A DNA stretch of 64,000 nucleotides, from the NCBI GenBank assembly GCA_963836235.1, contig CAWIIP010000002.1, positions 1,920,001 through 1,984,000 on the forward strand, written 5' to 3'. The notes beneath the pieces are model-generated. The model was not told the DNA's origin and searched no databases. It saw only the letters and a list, made by a program, of their open reading frames with translations. Positions within the stretch are counted from its first letter, which is position 1. Each line of letters starts with the position of its first letter. The position numbers and the translations under genes were made by a program. This document shows positions 18,725-28,287 of the stretch, one piece after another. The DNA comes from an uncultured Pseudomonadota bacterium. Its GTDB lineage: Bacteria > Oederibacteriota > Muellerivitia > Muellerivitales > Muellerivitaceae.

Positions 18725-18730
18725 GCTTTT

Positions 18731-19741
18731 ATGGCCTATGAACCGCGTTTTACCATAACTCCCCACCTCCTAAAAACCCTGGAAGATATCGCCGCGTTGC
18801 GGGAGAAAATCCAGGCGGCCACCCTGCAAGTTTCCTGGATTCCGGCCCTTCAAAAGGACACCCGGGCCCGGAATAGCCATAGTTCGACCGCCATCGAGGG
18901 CAACCCCCTCACTCTCGAAGAGGTTCGTCTTTTGGAATCCGGCAAGGAGCTTCCGGCCACGGCCGAACGGTCGAAAAGGGAAATCCTCAATTATTTCGCC
19001 GGGCTGAGGCATATCGAGAAGAACGCGAAGAAAAAAACCATCAGTCACGAAGATTTGTTCACGCTTCACAAGCTTTTGGCCTCCCAAGTGATGGATCAAG
19101 GCGAAGCCGGAAAGTACAGGTCCATTCAGGTGCGGGTGGGGAACCACGTTCCACCTCCCCCCGCGCAGGTGAGCGGGCTCATGAGGGAATTATTGGAGTG
19201 GTGGAACAAGCACTCAAAATCCTGGCCACCGGTTATGACATCGGGGATCATCCATTACCGTTTTGAGGCTATCCATCCCTTCGCGGACGGCAACGGACGC
19301 ATGGGAAGGATGCTGGCCCTTTGGGAACTTTTTCGCAGGGGGTTTGACACCCACCACATTTTCTCGGTGGATGAGGTCTTCTGGGAAAAGAGACCCCTCT
19401 ATTACAGGAACCTGGATTTAGTGCGGACCCAAGGCGAGGATTTGACCGGATGGCTGGAATATACCGCCGAGGCTGTTCAACTCACGCTCGAAAGGGCTTG
19501 GGACAGGGTTCAAGCGCTCAAAGGCATGAAGGGGACCGGCAAGGTAGTCCTTTTGCCCCGGCAAGAAAAGTTCCTTGCCCTTTTGCGGGACCGTGGAAGC
19601 ATGACACCCAGTGAAATATGGAAAGCTTTGGGTGTTTCCCGGCAAGGGGCCATGAATATCCTGAAGCCGCTGTTGGCGGCCGGTTTGATCGAGCGCATCG
19701 GAACCAAGAAGACCGGAAAGTATATTTTAAAAGAAAGCTAA
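18731..19741 (+). CDS. Fic family protein with C-terminal winged HTH
   Basis: HPFADGNGRMGR; inhibitory STAIEGN motif. Confidence 0.95.
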   Translation: MAYEPRFTITPHLLKTLEDIAALREKIQAATLQVSWIPALQKDTRARNSHSSTAIEGNPLTLEEVRLLESGKELPATAERSKREILNYFAGLRHIEKNAKKKTISHEDLFTLHKLLASQVMDQGEAGKYRSIQVRVGNHVPPPPAQVSGLMRELLEWWNKHSKSWPPVMTSGIIHYRFEAIHPFADGNGRMGRMLALWELFRRGFDTHHIFSVDEVFWEKRPLYYRNLDLVRTQGEDLTGWLEYTAEAVQLTLERAWDRVQALKGMKGTGKVVLLPRQEKFLALLRDRGSMTPSEIWKALGVSRQGAMNILKPLLAAGLIERIGTKKTGKYILKES

Positions 19742-20253
19742 ACCTTCTTTTGTTCCCTCATCCAAACAATCTGTCCCGTGTGATGCCGCACATGCCAGGC
19801 GTAGGTGCCTAAGGCGCTTGAAAGCTTTGTAGCCTGATTGTTCCGGGGGTTGATGTAGGCGCGGGCAAACTCTTCTTCCGTCATGGTCCGCATCAACTGC
19901 ACCCACTGCTTGTGAAGGCCCTCCAGTAAGGCCAATGGCCCCTCGATGGGGCCTGTTTTGGATTCCTTCAAATCCACCCATTTGTTCCGGTCATAGGCCT
20001 TGGTGATGGGCTGGTCTTCGGTTAAGGCCAGCTTGAAGTTGATATAGCCGTTCGTGTGGCTGTCCGCCAAGTGGTGGACGATCTGGCAGATGGTCCAATT
20101 CTTATACTTCGTGTCCAGCTGGGCGTCCGATAGGCCCGCCAGGGCATCCCGCAGGGTCTTGGGGGTTTTCTCGATGATGTCGATTAAGTCTTTGAGGGGA
20201 GGGTTTTCCTCTTCTTTAGGGTGAGGACCGACAGGGTAATCTGGGGCTTCCAT
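19738..20253 (-). CDS. DinB/YfiT-family thiol S-transferase
   Basis: WTICQIVHHLADSH, FKLALTED.P, YAWHVRHH. Confidence 0.9.
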   Translation of the reverse strand: MEAPDYPVGPHPKEEENPPLKDLIDIIEKTPKTLRDALAGLSDAQLDTKYKNWTICQIVHHLADSHTNGYINFKLALTEDQPITKAYDRNKWVDLKESKTGPIEGPLALLEGLHKQWVQLMRTMTEEEFARAYINPRNNQATKLSSALGTYAWHVRHHTGQIVWMREQKKV

Positions 20254-20518
20254 GGCTTCTCCTTATTTCTGAGTTGATGGTGAAACTTTATACGGGTTTG
20301 AGCCAAAAATCATCTGTCGGACTTAACACATTTAAATACTGTCCGCCTAGTATTTCGGCAAAAAGAAAAAAGGGCGGGCCGTTCTTACGCGTAAAGAAGG
20401 TTTATCCTTCCTTTTCGCCTAAATAAGACTTATTGTTGAGTCAGACCTATTCGATACGAGCTTCCTCGATTTTCACGAGTTTTCTCGCCCATCGGTAGTT
20501 CCCAAAGGAAGTTCCAAA

Positions 20519-20818
20519 ATGATAAGTTCCAAATTGGTTTGCCAAAGCTGTGCCGTACCGATCCGAAAGGATTCTGAAAAGGGAACCGAAAAAGCGGGCG
20601 GACATTCGGAGACCTATTGCCGTCGCTGTTACCAGTTGGGTTCCTTTACCGAGCCCAAAATGACCGCGGCTATCATGCGTGAGAAGGTGCTGGTGAAGAT
20701 GGTCGAAATGCACTTTCCCCGGTTCTTAGCCGTGCAGTTAGCGGACCATGTTTATACCCTTAAACGATGGGAAACCCCCAAGGTCACGGCACCATCCGAG
20801 GCTCAGCTGGCCCTCTAA
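20519..20818 (+). CDS. Zinc-ribbon domain protein
   Basis: CQSCAVP...GTEK.G..SETYCRRCYQLG.FTEP...LKRW. Confidence 0.85.
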   Translation: MISSKLVCQSCAVPIRKDSEKGTEKAGGHSETYCRRCYQLGSFTEPKMTAAIMREKVLVKMVEMHFPRFLAVQLADHVYTLKRWETPKVTAPSEAQLAL

Positions 20819-20851
20819 GGGGCTACTGTCGGGCCCCCATTCGCCATAATC

Positions 20852-21008
20852 CCCGCTTACCGGACATTTCTCCGTCGGATACCGGACATTTGCCAGACAT
20901 AACTCCCACTTACCGGACATTTCCCCGCTGGATACAGGACATTTGCCGGATATCGCCCCCGCTTACCGGACATTTTCTCACCGGATACCAGACAATTGCC
21001 GGACATGG
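20852..21008. repeat. Three tandem 53-bp repeats
   Basis: CTTACCGGACATTT at 20856, 20909, 20962; each unit holds three CCGGACAT-like motifs. Confidence 0.9.
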
Positions 21009-21249
21009 ACACGAGGACAGTCTTATGGGAGAACCCTTAAATTCCCTTATTTTTCAGTGCCAGCGGCTGGCATCTCCACCCCCTAAATTTTTGGCCTAAA
21101 AATCTGGGTACTTCGCGATTCCCATTCTTTGGGTTCCTTGAGTATTTTGAGTGGGATAATGAAGGCCCGGGCAGGGCTCTATTGGCGCGATGGAGGGCGT
21201 TTGAATCAATTGATGGTCGAATATTAGACAAGATCAAAAGGGGCGAACC

Positions 21250-21873
21250 ATGACATTTCCCGTTTTTTTATTACCGAGAATCGCCGGTACATTTCTTTTG
21301 ACCTTGATGTTCTTGGGGATAGCCCTTGGGGGCCTGATCTCCCGAAAGCCCCTGGTCTTTTCCCAGAAACTCTATTTTTTCATTTTTGTTCCGATCCTGG
21401 GGGGGCCCTTACTTGCGGTGCTTTTTAATCCCCAAGCCATTTCAAGACTGGGCTCCCAGTTAGGGGTTTTGGGCCTCATATGGATTTTCTGTTTCGTGAT
21501 CCTGATGAAGGTGATGACCGGCTATTCCGTCATGGGAATCACTGAAGAGTCCTTTCGGGCGATCGTGACCGATTCCCTGAAAAAATTAGGCGAGGAGTTC
21601 ACGGAGGACATGAACGGCATCCGTTTAAAAAGAGGGGATGTGCCCCTGCGGACTAATTTTCAATTGGGGACCGGTTATGTCCGGCCCAAAAATAAGGAAG
21701 CGGGGTTGTTCATGAAAACCCTGGGCCCGGTCCTTCGGGAGGAATCGAAAAAAGACGGGGTGGAATATGATCCGAAGATTTTTTTGATGTTCCTGGGATT
21801 CGCCTTGATATTCATGCTCGTTACTTACACGGGGTGGGTGGCTGGTATGGCCGCCCATGTAATTCATCCGTGA
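21250..21873 (+). CDS. Hypothetical membrane protein
   Basis: Four hydrophobic segments, RBS AGGGG. Confidence 0.7.
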   Translation: MTFPVFLLPRIAGTFLLTLMFLGIALGGLISRKPLVFSQKLYFFIFVPILGGPLLAVLFNPQAISRLGSQLGVLGLIWIFCFVILMKVMTGYSVMGITEESFRAIVTDSLKKLGEEFTEDMNGIRLKRGDVPLRTNFQLGTGYVRPKNKEAGLFMKTLGPVLREESKKDGVEYDPKIFLMFLGFALIFMLVTYTGWVAGMAAHVIHP

Positions 21874-23045
21874 CATCCTTCCGGGCCTATCCGGGTCGGG
21901 GTAAGTTGCTTACCCTTTTGCTTATGGGTTTATTTCTATTGCCCTTAGGAGCCAGCTCCTTTGGAGACGACGAAATTCCCCCTCCTCCGGCCGTGGCTCC
22001 GACCCCCTGGCCCACCTCTACACCAGCGCCCGAACCTTCGCCCACCCCGCCGTACCCTGGTATCGAAAGGGATGTTTTCTTCGTCAACCCCGATGCTGGC
22101 GTAACGCTGGCGGGCACACTGGTTTTGCCGGAAGGCAAAGGTCCCTTTCCCGCGGCTATTTATGCTTGCGGCGGAGGGCCGGGGGCCCGGGATCATTTTA
22201 TGTTTTTGTTCGCGGAAACCTTGGCCCGCAGGGGGATCGCCATCCTGATTTTTGACAAAAGGGGAGTGGGCAAATCCACAGGTGACTTTAATTCGTCCCA
22301 CACACCGGATTTCAAGCAGGACGCGATAGCGGGCTTTCGATTCCTCAAAAGTCAGCCGGAGATCAATCCCGACAAAGTGGGAATGATCGGGCACAGCGAG
22401 GGGGGGATGATCGCCGAAATGGGGGCCGCCGAGAACCCCGACATGGCCTTCATTGTCCTCATGGCGGCGCCAGGGGTAAGAGAAGACCAACGGCGGGCGC
22501 TTCAAGGGGTCCAGGAAAGTAAAGCCTATGTCGTGGACGCGAAGGTGCTCAAGGCTGTCCAGGAGATCCTGGGGGAGGGCCTTTCCAGGCTGGAAAGGGA
22601 ACAGGACCCGGAGTCCGCCCGAAAATTGATTCACGAAATACTGACCAAGGGTTACGCCGAGTTAAATGAAAAGGAAAAGGCTCAGTTGAGGGAGGTTTTG
22701 GAAGTGGATAACGCCACCATCGAGAACAAGGCCGCCTCCCCCTTGTTCCGAAAGTTCCTGCTTTGGGATCCCATCCCCTATCTGAAAAAGATCCGATGCC
22801 CGGTTTTGGCCCTGAACGGTGACAAGGATATCGCCGTGGTTTACCCACAGAACCTGAACGCCATCGGGGAAGCGTTGAAGGAAGCCGGAAACCGGGACTA
22901 TACCCTGAAGATGTTCCGGGGCATCAATCACATTTTCCTGCACTGCACCACGGGTACTCCGGACGAAAATTTGTTTTACCAACCATGCTTCGCCCCGGAG
23001 GTTTTACAGGCCATGGGCGATTGGCTGGTTAAGCATACGAAATGA
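21870..23045 (+). CDS. Secreted alpha/beta hydrolase
   Basis: LAGTLVLP, DKRGVGKS, nucleophile GHSEGG, G.NHIF; GTGA overlap start. Confidence 0.88.
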   Translation: MTSFRAYPGRGKLLTLLLMGLFLLPLGASSFGDDEIPPPPAVAPTPWPTSTPAPEPSPTPPYPGIERDVFFVNPDAGVTLAGTLVLPEGKGPFPAAIYACGGGPGARDHFMFLFAETLARRGIAILIFDKRGVGKSTGDFNSSHTPDFKQDAIAGFRFLKSQPEINPDKVGMIGHSEGGMIAEMGAAENPDMAFIVLMAAPGVREDQRRALQGVQESKAYVVDAKVLKAVQEILGEGLSRLEREQDPESARKLIHEILTKGYAELNEKEKAQLREVLEVDNATIENKAASPLFRKFLLWDPIPYLKKIRCPVLALNGDKDIAVVYPQNLNAIGEALKEAGNRDYTLKMFRGINHIFLHCTTGTPDENLFYQPCFAPEVLQAMGDWLVKHTK

Positions 23046-23064
23046 GCTTGTTCACGGCGGGGAC

Positions 23065-23102
23065 CCATTCGACAGGACCTGCCCTGAGTTTATCGAAGGG
23101 CT
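23065..23102. repeat. Degenerate REP-like palindrome
   Basis: CCCATTCGACAGG...CCTGAGTTTATCGAAGGG. Confidence 0.45.
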
Positions 23103-23141
23103 TATGACAGGCCGGATTGAACAGGAAAAAAAGGAATTTTC

Positions 23142-23567
23142 ATGAAACGTGATATGTCCAAGATCAAATCCATTTCCCGGAACCATAAAGAATTCAGGGA
23201 AAAACTGCTCCATAAGATGTCGGCCTACAACAAAAGCAGGGTAGGCGATGTGGGTTGGAAGACCCTGAACCTGGAAATGGTCGATCAGAACGGGAAATTC
23301 ATGGGTGGCCTGACCGGATCCAGTTATTTGGGATGGTTTTATGTGGACCTTCTCTTCGTGGACGAGAAATTCCGGGGACGGGGCATCGGAAAAAGACTCC
23401 TCCAAGAGGCCGAAGCCTGGGCGAAGAAAAAGGGCTGTCGAAACATCAATTTGAACACCATCACCTTCCAAGCGCCGGGGTTTTACCGGAAGATGGGCTA
23501 CCGGGTTTTTGGCAAACTGTCCTATCCCAAGGGGAATGTCCGGTTCTATTTTAAGAAAAAGCTTTAG
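23142..23567 (+). CDS. GNAT acetyltransferase
   Basis: FRGRGIGKRLL, FQAPGFYRKMGY. Confidence 0.92.
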   Translation: MKRDMSKIKSISRNHKEFREKLLHKMSAYNKSRVGDVGWKTLNLEMVDQNGKFMGGLTGSSYLGWFYVDLLFVDEKFRGRGIGKRLLQEAEAWAKKKGCRNINLNTITFQAPGFYRKMGYRVFGKLSYPKGNVRFYFKKKL

Positions 23568-23641
23568 GGTATCCACGTCGTGGACCCGTCGTGGACAAGC
23601 TTTGGTACAATGATGCTTATTGATTGTCTTTGAGGCGTGTC

Positions 23642-25813
23642 ATGAAATTTTCGGTCATGGGTTTTATTTCGCTTTTTTTCTTCGCCTCGTTTTTAATCAT
23701 CGGCTGCCCGGGTAAAAATAGCCCCTCTTCGCCATCAACATCCAATAACGGAAACGGAGGGGGCGGTCAGGTTGGAACCCCGCCTTTGGGCGCGGCTTGT
23801 CCCTCCGGGCTTCCCGGCTACCTGGGCCCGATCGGTTTCAAGGCCGGGTCTCTCCCCGCTTATGGCGGCTTCGTGAACCTTATGGCCTATAACGCCATCG
23901 CCGTCGATTCGGTCAACGGGGTTGTTTATGTGGCCGATTATGGAAACCAAGGTGTTTCGGTCCTCGACCGGGTGCAAAAGTTTTCCCTGGCGGGGGTGGT
24001 GGCGCAGGAAATACACCCGGCGGGCGCGGGTACCACCCTGGCAAGCGGGATCTTCGCCTCCATGGCCGTGGACCACACCGGCAATTTGTATATCGCCTAT
24101 AACCCCACCGGCCCGCCGCCTTCCCTGATCCTGAAATACAATTCGGCGGGGAACTTCGTGTCTTCCTGGAACGGGAGTAATTCGGCGGAGGGAACCTTCG
24201 GAAGTCTTGGCGCTTTGGCCTGCGATTCCCAAAACAACCTTTACGTGAGTTCCAACAGTTGGACGATGAAATTTTCTTCCTCCGGGACCCCCCTGGCTTC
24301 CACCACGGCCCTGCCGGGGTTCAGCTCCATGGCGGTGGATTCGCATGATTATCTCTATGGGGCCAATACCCCTGGGGATCAAATTGTGAAATTCAACACC
24401 AGTTTGAGCCAGGTTTCCGCTTGGGGTTCCTATGGCGCGGGCCCTGGCCAGTTTGGCGCTCCCTGGGGCGTGGCCGTGGGCGGCGGGGATCTGGTTTACG
24501 TGGCCGACACCAATAACACCCGGTTCCAGATTTTCCGAAACGATGGAACCTATTGCAGTGAAATGGACGGCATCGATTCTTTCGGCATAGCCGCTGACAG
24601 CGCGAACAATTATTTTTACGACCAATTGGGCAGTGGGGACTATATCAAGTGGTTCGGCGTCACCCTGGCGGTGTCACCCACCCTGACACCCACCATCACT
24701 TTTACGGGAACCTCCACTTTTACAGGTACCCCGACTTGGACCCCGACGGTCACCGGTACCCCCACCTTTTCCGGCACCCCGACTTCGTCCCCGACCATCA
24801 CGAATACCTTCACCCCCACCTCGACTTCCACCATCACCAACACACCGACCAATTCACCAACCTCCACATCCACCTCCAGCCCCACCAATTCACCCACCAG
24901 CACACCCACTTCCACTCCCACGGTTACCTTCACTTCTACTTTCACGTCAACCCCCACTGTCAGTTACTTACGTCAATGGGGAAACCAGGGATCGGGCAAC
25001 AGCCAGTTTAATTTTCCCTCAGGCATAGCGCTGGATGGAGCGGGAAACCTGTATGTGGCGGATAATTTGAATAACCGGATTCAAAAATTCACGACGATTG
25101 GGGGGTACGTGACCCAATGGGGAAACAGCGCGCCGACTACCGGTGGAGGGAATGGACAATTTAATTCACCCTATGGTGTGGCGGTGGATTCTTTGGGCAA
25201 CGTGTACGTGGTGGACACAGGTAACAACCGCATCCAGTATTTTGACCCGAGTGGTAATTATCTTGGACAATGGGGAACCACCGGCAGCGGCCCAGGCCAG
25301 TTTAGTACGCCCTATGGCGTGGCAGTGAACTCCTCGGGGATTGTGTATGTGGGGGACAACAATGATCGTATCCAGGAATTTACTACCATTGGGGGGTACA
25401 TAACCCAATGGGGAACATACGGCAGCGGCACCAGCCAGTTTAATACCCCCGAGGGTTTGGCTTTGGATTCGTCCGGGAATGTTTATGTAGTGGATTATGG
25501 CAACGATCGAATCGAGAAGTTCACCAGTACCGGGGGATTCCTAACGACGTGGGGATCGCAAGGCGGCGGTTTAGGGCATTTCAATTCCCCCTACGGCATC
25601 GGGATAGATGCTTTGGGAACCGTGTATGTGGCGGACGGGAACAACGACTTCATCCAGATGTTTACGTCCAGTGGCTTATACCTCACTGAATGGGGCTATT
25701 ATGGAACCGGAAACGGGAATTTGAGTGTACCCTATGGAGTGGCCATTGATGCCTTGGGAAATATTTATGTTAGTGATTCCGGCAACAACCGTATTGAGGT
25801 TTTTTCACCCTGA
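23642..25813 (+). CDS. Lipoprotein with two NHL-repeat propellers joined by a Thr/Pro linker
   Basis: IIGC lipobox; repeated F..P.G.A.D..GNVYV.D..N.RIQ.F. Confidence 0.9.
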   Translation: MKFSVMGFISLFFFASFLIIGCPGKNSPSSPSTSNNGNGGGGQVGTPPLGAACPSGLPGYLGPIGFKAGSLPAYGGFVNLMAYNAIAVDSVNGVVYVADYGNQGVSVLDRVQKFSLAGVVAQEIHPAGAGTTLASGIFASMAVDHTGNLYIAYNPTGPPPSLILKYNSAGNFVSSWNGSNSAEGTFGSLGALACDSQNNLYVSSNSWTMKFSSSGTPLASTTALPGFSSMAVDSHDYLYGANTPGDQIVKFNTSLSQVSAWGSYGAGPGQFGAPWGVAVGGGDLVYVADTNNTRFQIFRNDGTYCSEMDGIDSFGIAADSANNYFYDQLGSGDYIKWFGVTLAVSPTLTPTITFTGTSTFTGTPTWTPTVTGTPTFSGTPTSSPTITNTFTPTSTSTITNTPTNSPTSTSTSSPTNSPTSTPTSTPTVTFTSTFTSTPTVSYLRQWGNQGSGNSQFNFPSGIALDGAGNLYVADNLNNRIQKFTTIGGYVTQWGNSAPTTGGGNGQFNSPYGVAVDSLGNVYVVDTGNNRIQYFDPSGNYLGQWGTTGSGPGQFSTPYGVAVNSSGIVYVGDNNDRIQEFTTIGGYITQWGTYGSGTSQFNTPEGLALDSSGNVYVVDYGNDRIEKFTSTGGFLTTWGSQGGGLGHFNSPYGIGIDALGTVYVADGNNDFIQMFTSSGLYLTEWGYYGTGNGNLSVPYGVAIDALGNIYVSDSGNNRIEVFSP

Positions 25814-25945
25814 ACCGAAGCCCGTCAGCCTTGATTCAGCCTTAATCTTTAGGGATTCAAAAAAAATAAAGAAGTTGTCCACGACGGAACCCTTCGTGGA
25901 CAACTAAATCCAGAAAAAGTTAAAACTTTGAAAAGAAGCTAAACG

Positions 25946-26527
25946 ATGAAGAAAATTCTCACAAAAGACACGTGGAAGTTGATTTTGGCCCTCGGGTTTT
26001 TGCTTGGCCCCCGCTTTTTTCTCTTCGCCGAGGCCTCCCTAGTTTCAGAGGACCTGAAACTTGCCGATAAAGCCTTCCAGGCCAAGGATTACGCCTTGTG
26101 CATGAAATGGAATTTGAAGGCCGTCGCTGAAAACAATGCCGTGGCCCAAAGGCATGTCGGTTATTTATACGCCAATGGGCTGGGGGTCGAACAGGATTAC
26201 CTCGAAGCCCTGAAGTGGTATCAAATGGCCGCGGGCCAAGGGGACGCCAAAGCGGAATGCAACCTCGGCGCGATGTATGAACAAGGGAACGGCGTTACTA
26301 AAAATTACCATGAGGCCCTTATGTGGTACCAAAAATCCGCGTCTCAAGGGAATGATTTGGCCCAACTCGACCTCGGTTGTTTTTATGAGCACGGTTATGG
26401 AGTGGCGCGGGATGACGCGGAAGCCTTGAAGTGGTACGAAAAATCAGCTGGGCAAGGGAACGATCTGGCTAAAAAATTAACCGCCGAGCTCAAGGCGAAA
26501 ATGACGTATGAAAAAGGGAAGCCGTGA
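25946..26527 (+). CDS. Sel1-repeat protein
   Basis: LG..Y..G.GV..D..EA..WY..AA.QG repeats. Confidence 0.92.
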   Translation: MKKILTKDTWKLILALGFLLGPRFFLFAEASLVSEDLKLADKAFQAKDYALCMKWNLKAVAENNAVAQRHVGYLYANGLGVEQDYLEALKWYQMAAGQGDAKAECNLGAMYEQGNGVTKNYHEALMWYQKSASQGNDLAQLDLGCFYEHGYGVARDDAEALKWYEKSAGQGNDLAKKLTAELKAKMTYEKGKP

Positions 26528-26584
26528 AAAGAATTCGCCGGCTTGTTGTATTTACCCAGACTTTTATTTTAGGGACACCTATTT

Positions 26585-27451
26585 TTGAATAAGGGATTGG
26601 AAATAAAAAAATTAATTTTGTTCTTGTCTTTGATGATCTATTCGCCTCTTTTCACTTTTGCCCAAGAGCCGATCAAAAACCCATTCATCGCGGTGTTCGT
26701 CGATGATGCCACCGAAAAGGAACTGGGGCCCTTTCCCTACGACCGGTCGAAATATGCCGAAGTTATTTCCATCCTGCGGGAGGCAAAGGCCAAGGCCGTG
26801 GTCTTAAAATATTTCCTGGATCGAGCAAAGCCGGGTGCCGGGGACGATGAACTTTCCGCGGAAATCAAAAAGATACCGGTTTTGTTACAAGCGCGATTGG
26901 ATCCGGGCGAACCACAGCCTCATCCATTGCCGGTACGCTTCGGATTGGGCTCACGAGTAAAAGGCGATACCCACGCGCTTCTTTACGCCAAAAGCGGTTG
27001 GATACCTTTGGAAAAATTCAGCCTAGGTTGCGCTGGTATTGGGTTTGTGGACATTGCTTCAAAGAATGATGTCCTCAATATTCCAATGGTCCTAAAATAC
27101 AAGGACACTTTAGTGCCCTCTTTGGAACTGGCCGCGCTGGAACTGGCTTTCGGCGAGCCCGCTCAAATCCTCCTGGGTGATAAAGTGATCATGGCGGGTC
27201 ACAGCCTGCCGGTCGATCCCTCGGGCCAGGTACGCGCGAAACTGCCGGCAAAAGACCAGATAGATTCCATTTCCTTTGTTGATGTTATCCAGGGGAACTT
27301 CGATAGAAAGCGGGTCGCGGGAAAGATTGTTATATTGGGTTTCGACGCCAAAGAAACCCCGGTGTTGGCCACGTCTTTGGGCCCCCTTCGCATCCATCGT
27401 CTTTTTTATTATTCACTAAAGAGCCTCAACGAACAATTTGAGGCGCATTGA
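26585..27451 (+). CDS. Stand-alone CHASE2-like protein
   Basis: VDD.T..LGPFPYDRS.YA..I..L..A.AKAV; ISF.DV..G...GKIVILG. Confidence 0.7.
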   Translation: MNKGLEIKKLILFLSLMIYSPLFTFAQEPIKNPFIAVFVDDATEKELGPFPYDRSKYAEVISILREAKAKAVVLKYFLDRAKPGAGDDELSAEIKKIPVLLQARLDPGEPQPHPLPVRFGLGSRVKGDTHALLYAKSGWIPLEKFSLGCAGIGFVDIASKNDVLNIPMVLKYKDTLVPSLELAALELAFGEPAQILLGDKVIMAGHSLPVDPSGQVRAKLPAKDQIDSISFVDVIQGNFDRKRVAGKIVILGFDAKETPVLATSLGPLRIHRLFYYSLKSLNEQFEAH

Positions 27452-27485
27452 GCCGGAACTTGTCTAGGACGAGGAGCTATTTACG

Positions 27486-27848
27486 ATGAAAACTTTCATG
27501 AAAATCTATTTCTGGCCTTATCTTTTCGTGAATTTGGTGGGGGCCTATATGTCCCTTGAAATCGGCTTCGCGGATTTGGAACTGGTTTGGTCCACCGTGA
27601 TCAACCTGTTTTCCCTCCTGGCCGTTTTCTTTTACGCTTTTGAAATCAAGCTATGGCCGCCGATCTTCTGGCAGGTTTGTTTCATCCTGTTCATCGCCGA
27701 TATGGTTTACAACCTCCTTTTCCCCAGCTCGGTTTTCGCCGTTACCTCGCCCCTGCTTTATACCCTTTGTTACCTATTCGGGATGGGCTTGGGGCTTCCG
27801 GCGATGATTTCAGTGTATCTTTACGCCTTTAAAAACCAATCCTCTTGA
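27486..27848 (+). CDS. Hypothetical four-TM protein
   Basis: GAGGAG RBS, hydrophobic ORF. Confidence 0.7.
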   Translation: MKTFMKIYFWPYLFVNLVGAYMSLEIGFADLELVWSTVINLFSLLAVFFYAFEIKLWPPIFWQVCFILFIADMVYNLLFPSSVFAVTSPLLYTLCYLFGMGLGLPAMISVYLYAFKNQSS

Positions 27849-27890
27849 AACCTTTTGGCCCCACTGGTCTTATACACCTCTGAGGTATAT

Positions 27891-28139
27891 ATGGCTTCCG
27901 ATGACCCCATTGAACCCATCCACGGCATTGAACCCATGCAAATGCGCCCCACCCAGGGTCTGCGAAATAGGGGTTATTATGTCTTCGCCCGATTCCTGGA
28001 AAACCTGGTGAAGTGGAAAAGGTTCGAGCTTTCCAATGACCGAAATAAGTCGAAACAAAGAAGAGCAAAACCCGAACCCGATACGGTGGAAGCTGCCGAT
28101 GAATCCGAAAAGACTTCGGAGTTCGACATCAAGGCTTGA
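27891..28139 (+). CDS. Hypothetical protein
   Basis: GAGG RBS; ends FDIKA. Confidence 0.55.
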   Translation: MASDDPIEPIHGIEPMQMRPTQGLRNRGYYVFARFLENLVKWKRFELSNDRNKSKQRRAKPEPDTVEAADESEKTSEFDIKA

Positions 28140-28287
28140 TTCGAAACTGGGGTTAGAAAAACCTTAGCGGAAATCAAAAGGGGATTGGGCCGAAACGTCG
28201 CGCCAAAGTCATTCGGCCTCTTGAGTTCGAGCTTTTTATTCTTCTTTTTGTTCCGCGGTTCCTTAACCCGAAAGTTATAATCCAAAA

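Noticed and set aside
20852-21008. Possible CRISPR array
   Set aside because: Units are tandem with no unique spacers, and no cas genes are in the window
25818-25860. CCCGTCAGC resembling a c-di-AMP riboswitch 3' motif
   Set aside because: Lacks TAAC continuation and the upstream GGGGGA/GGGG elements
28150-28260. Possible c-di-GMP riboswitch before the acyltransferase
   Set aside because: Conserved GCAAA/GAAA/receptor arrangement not found
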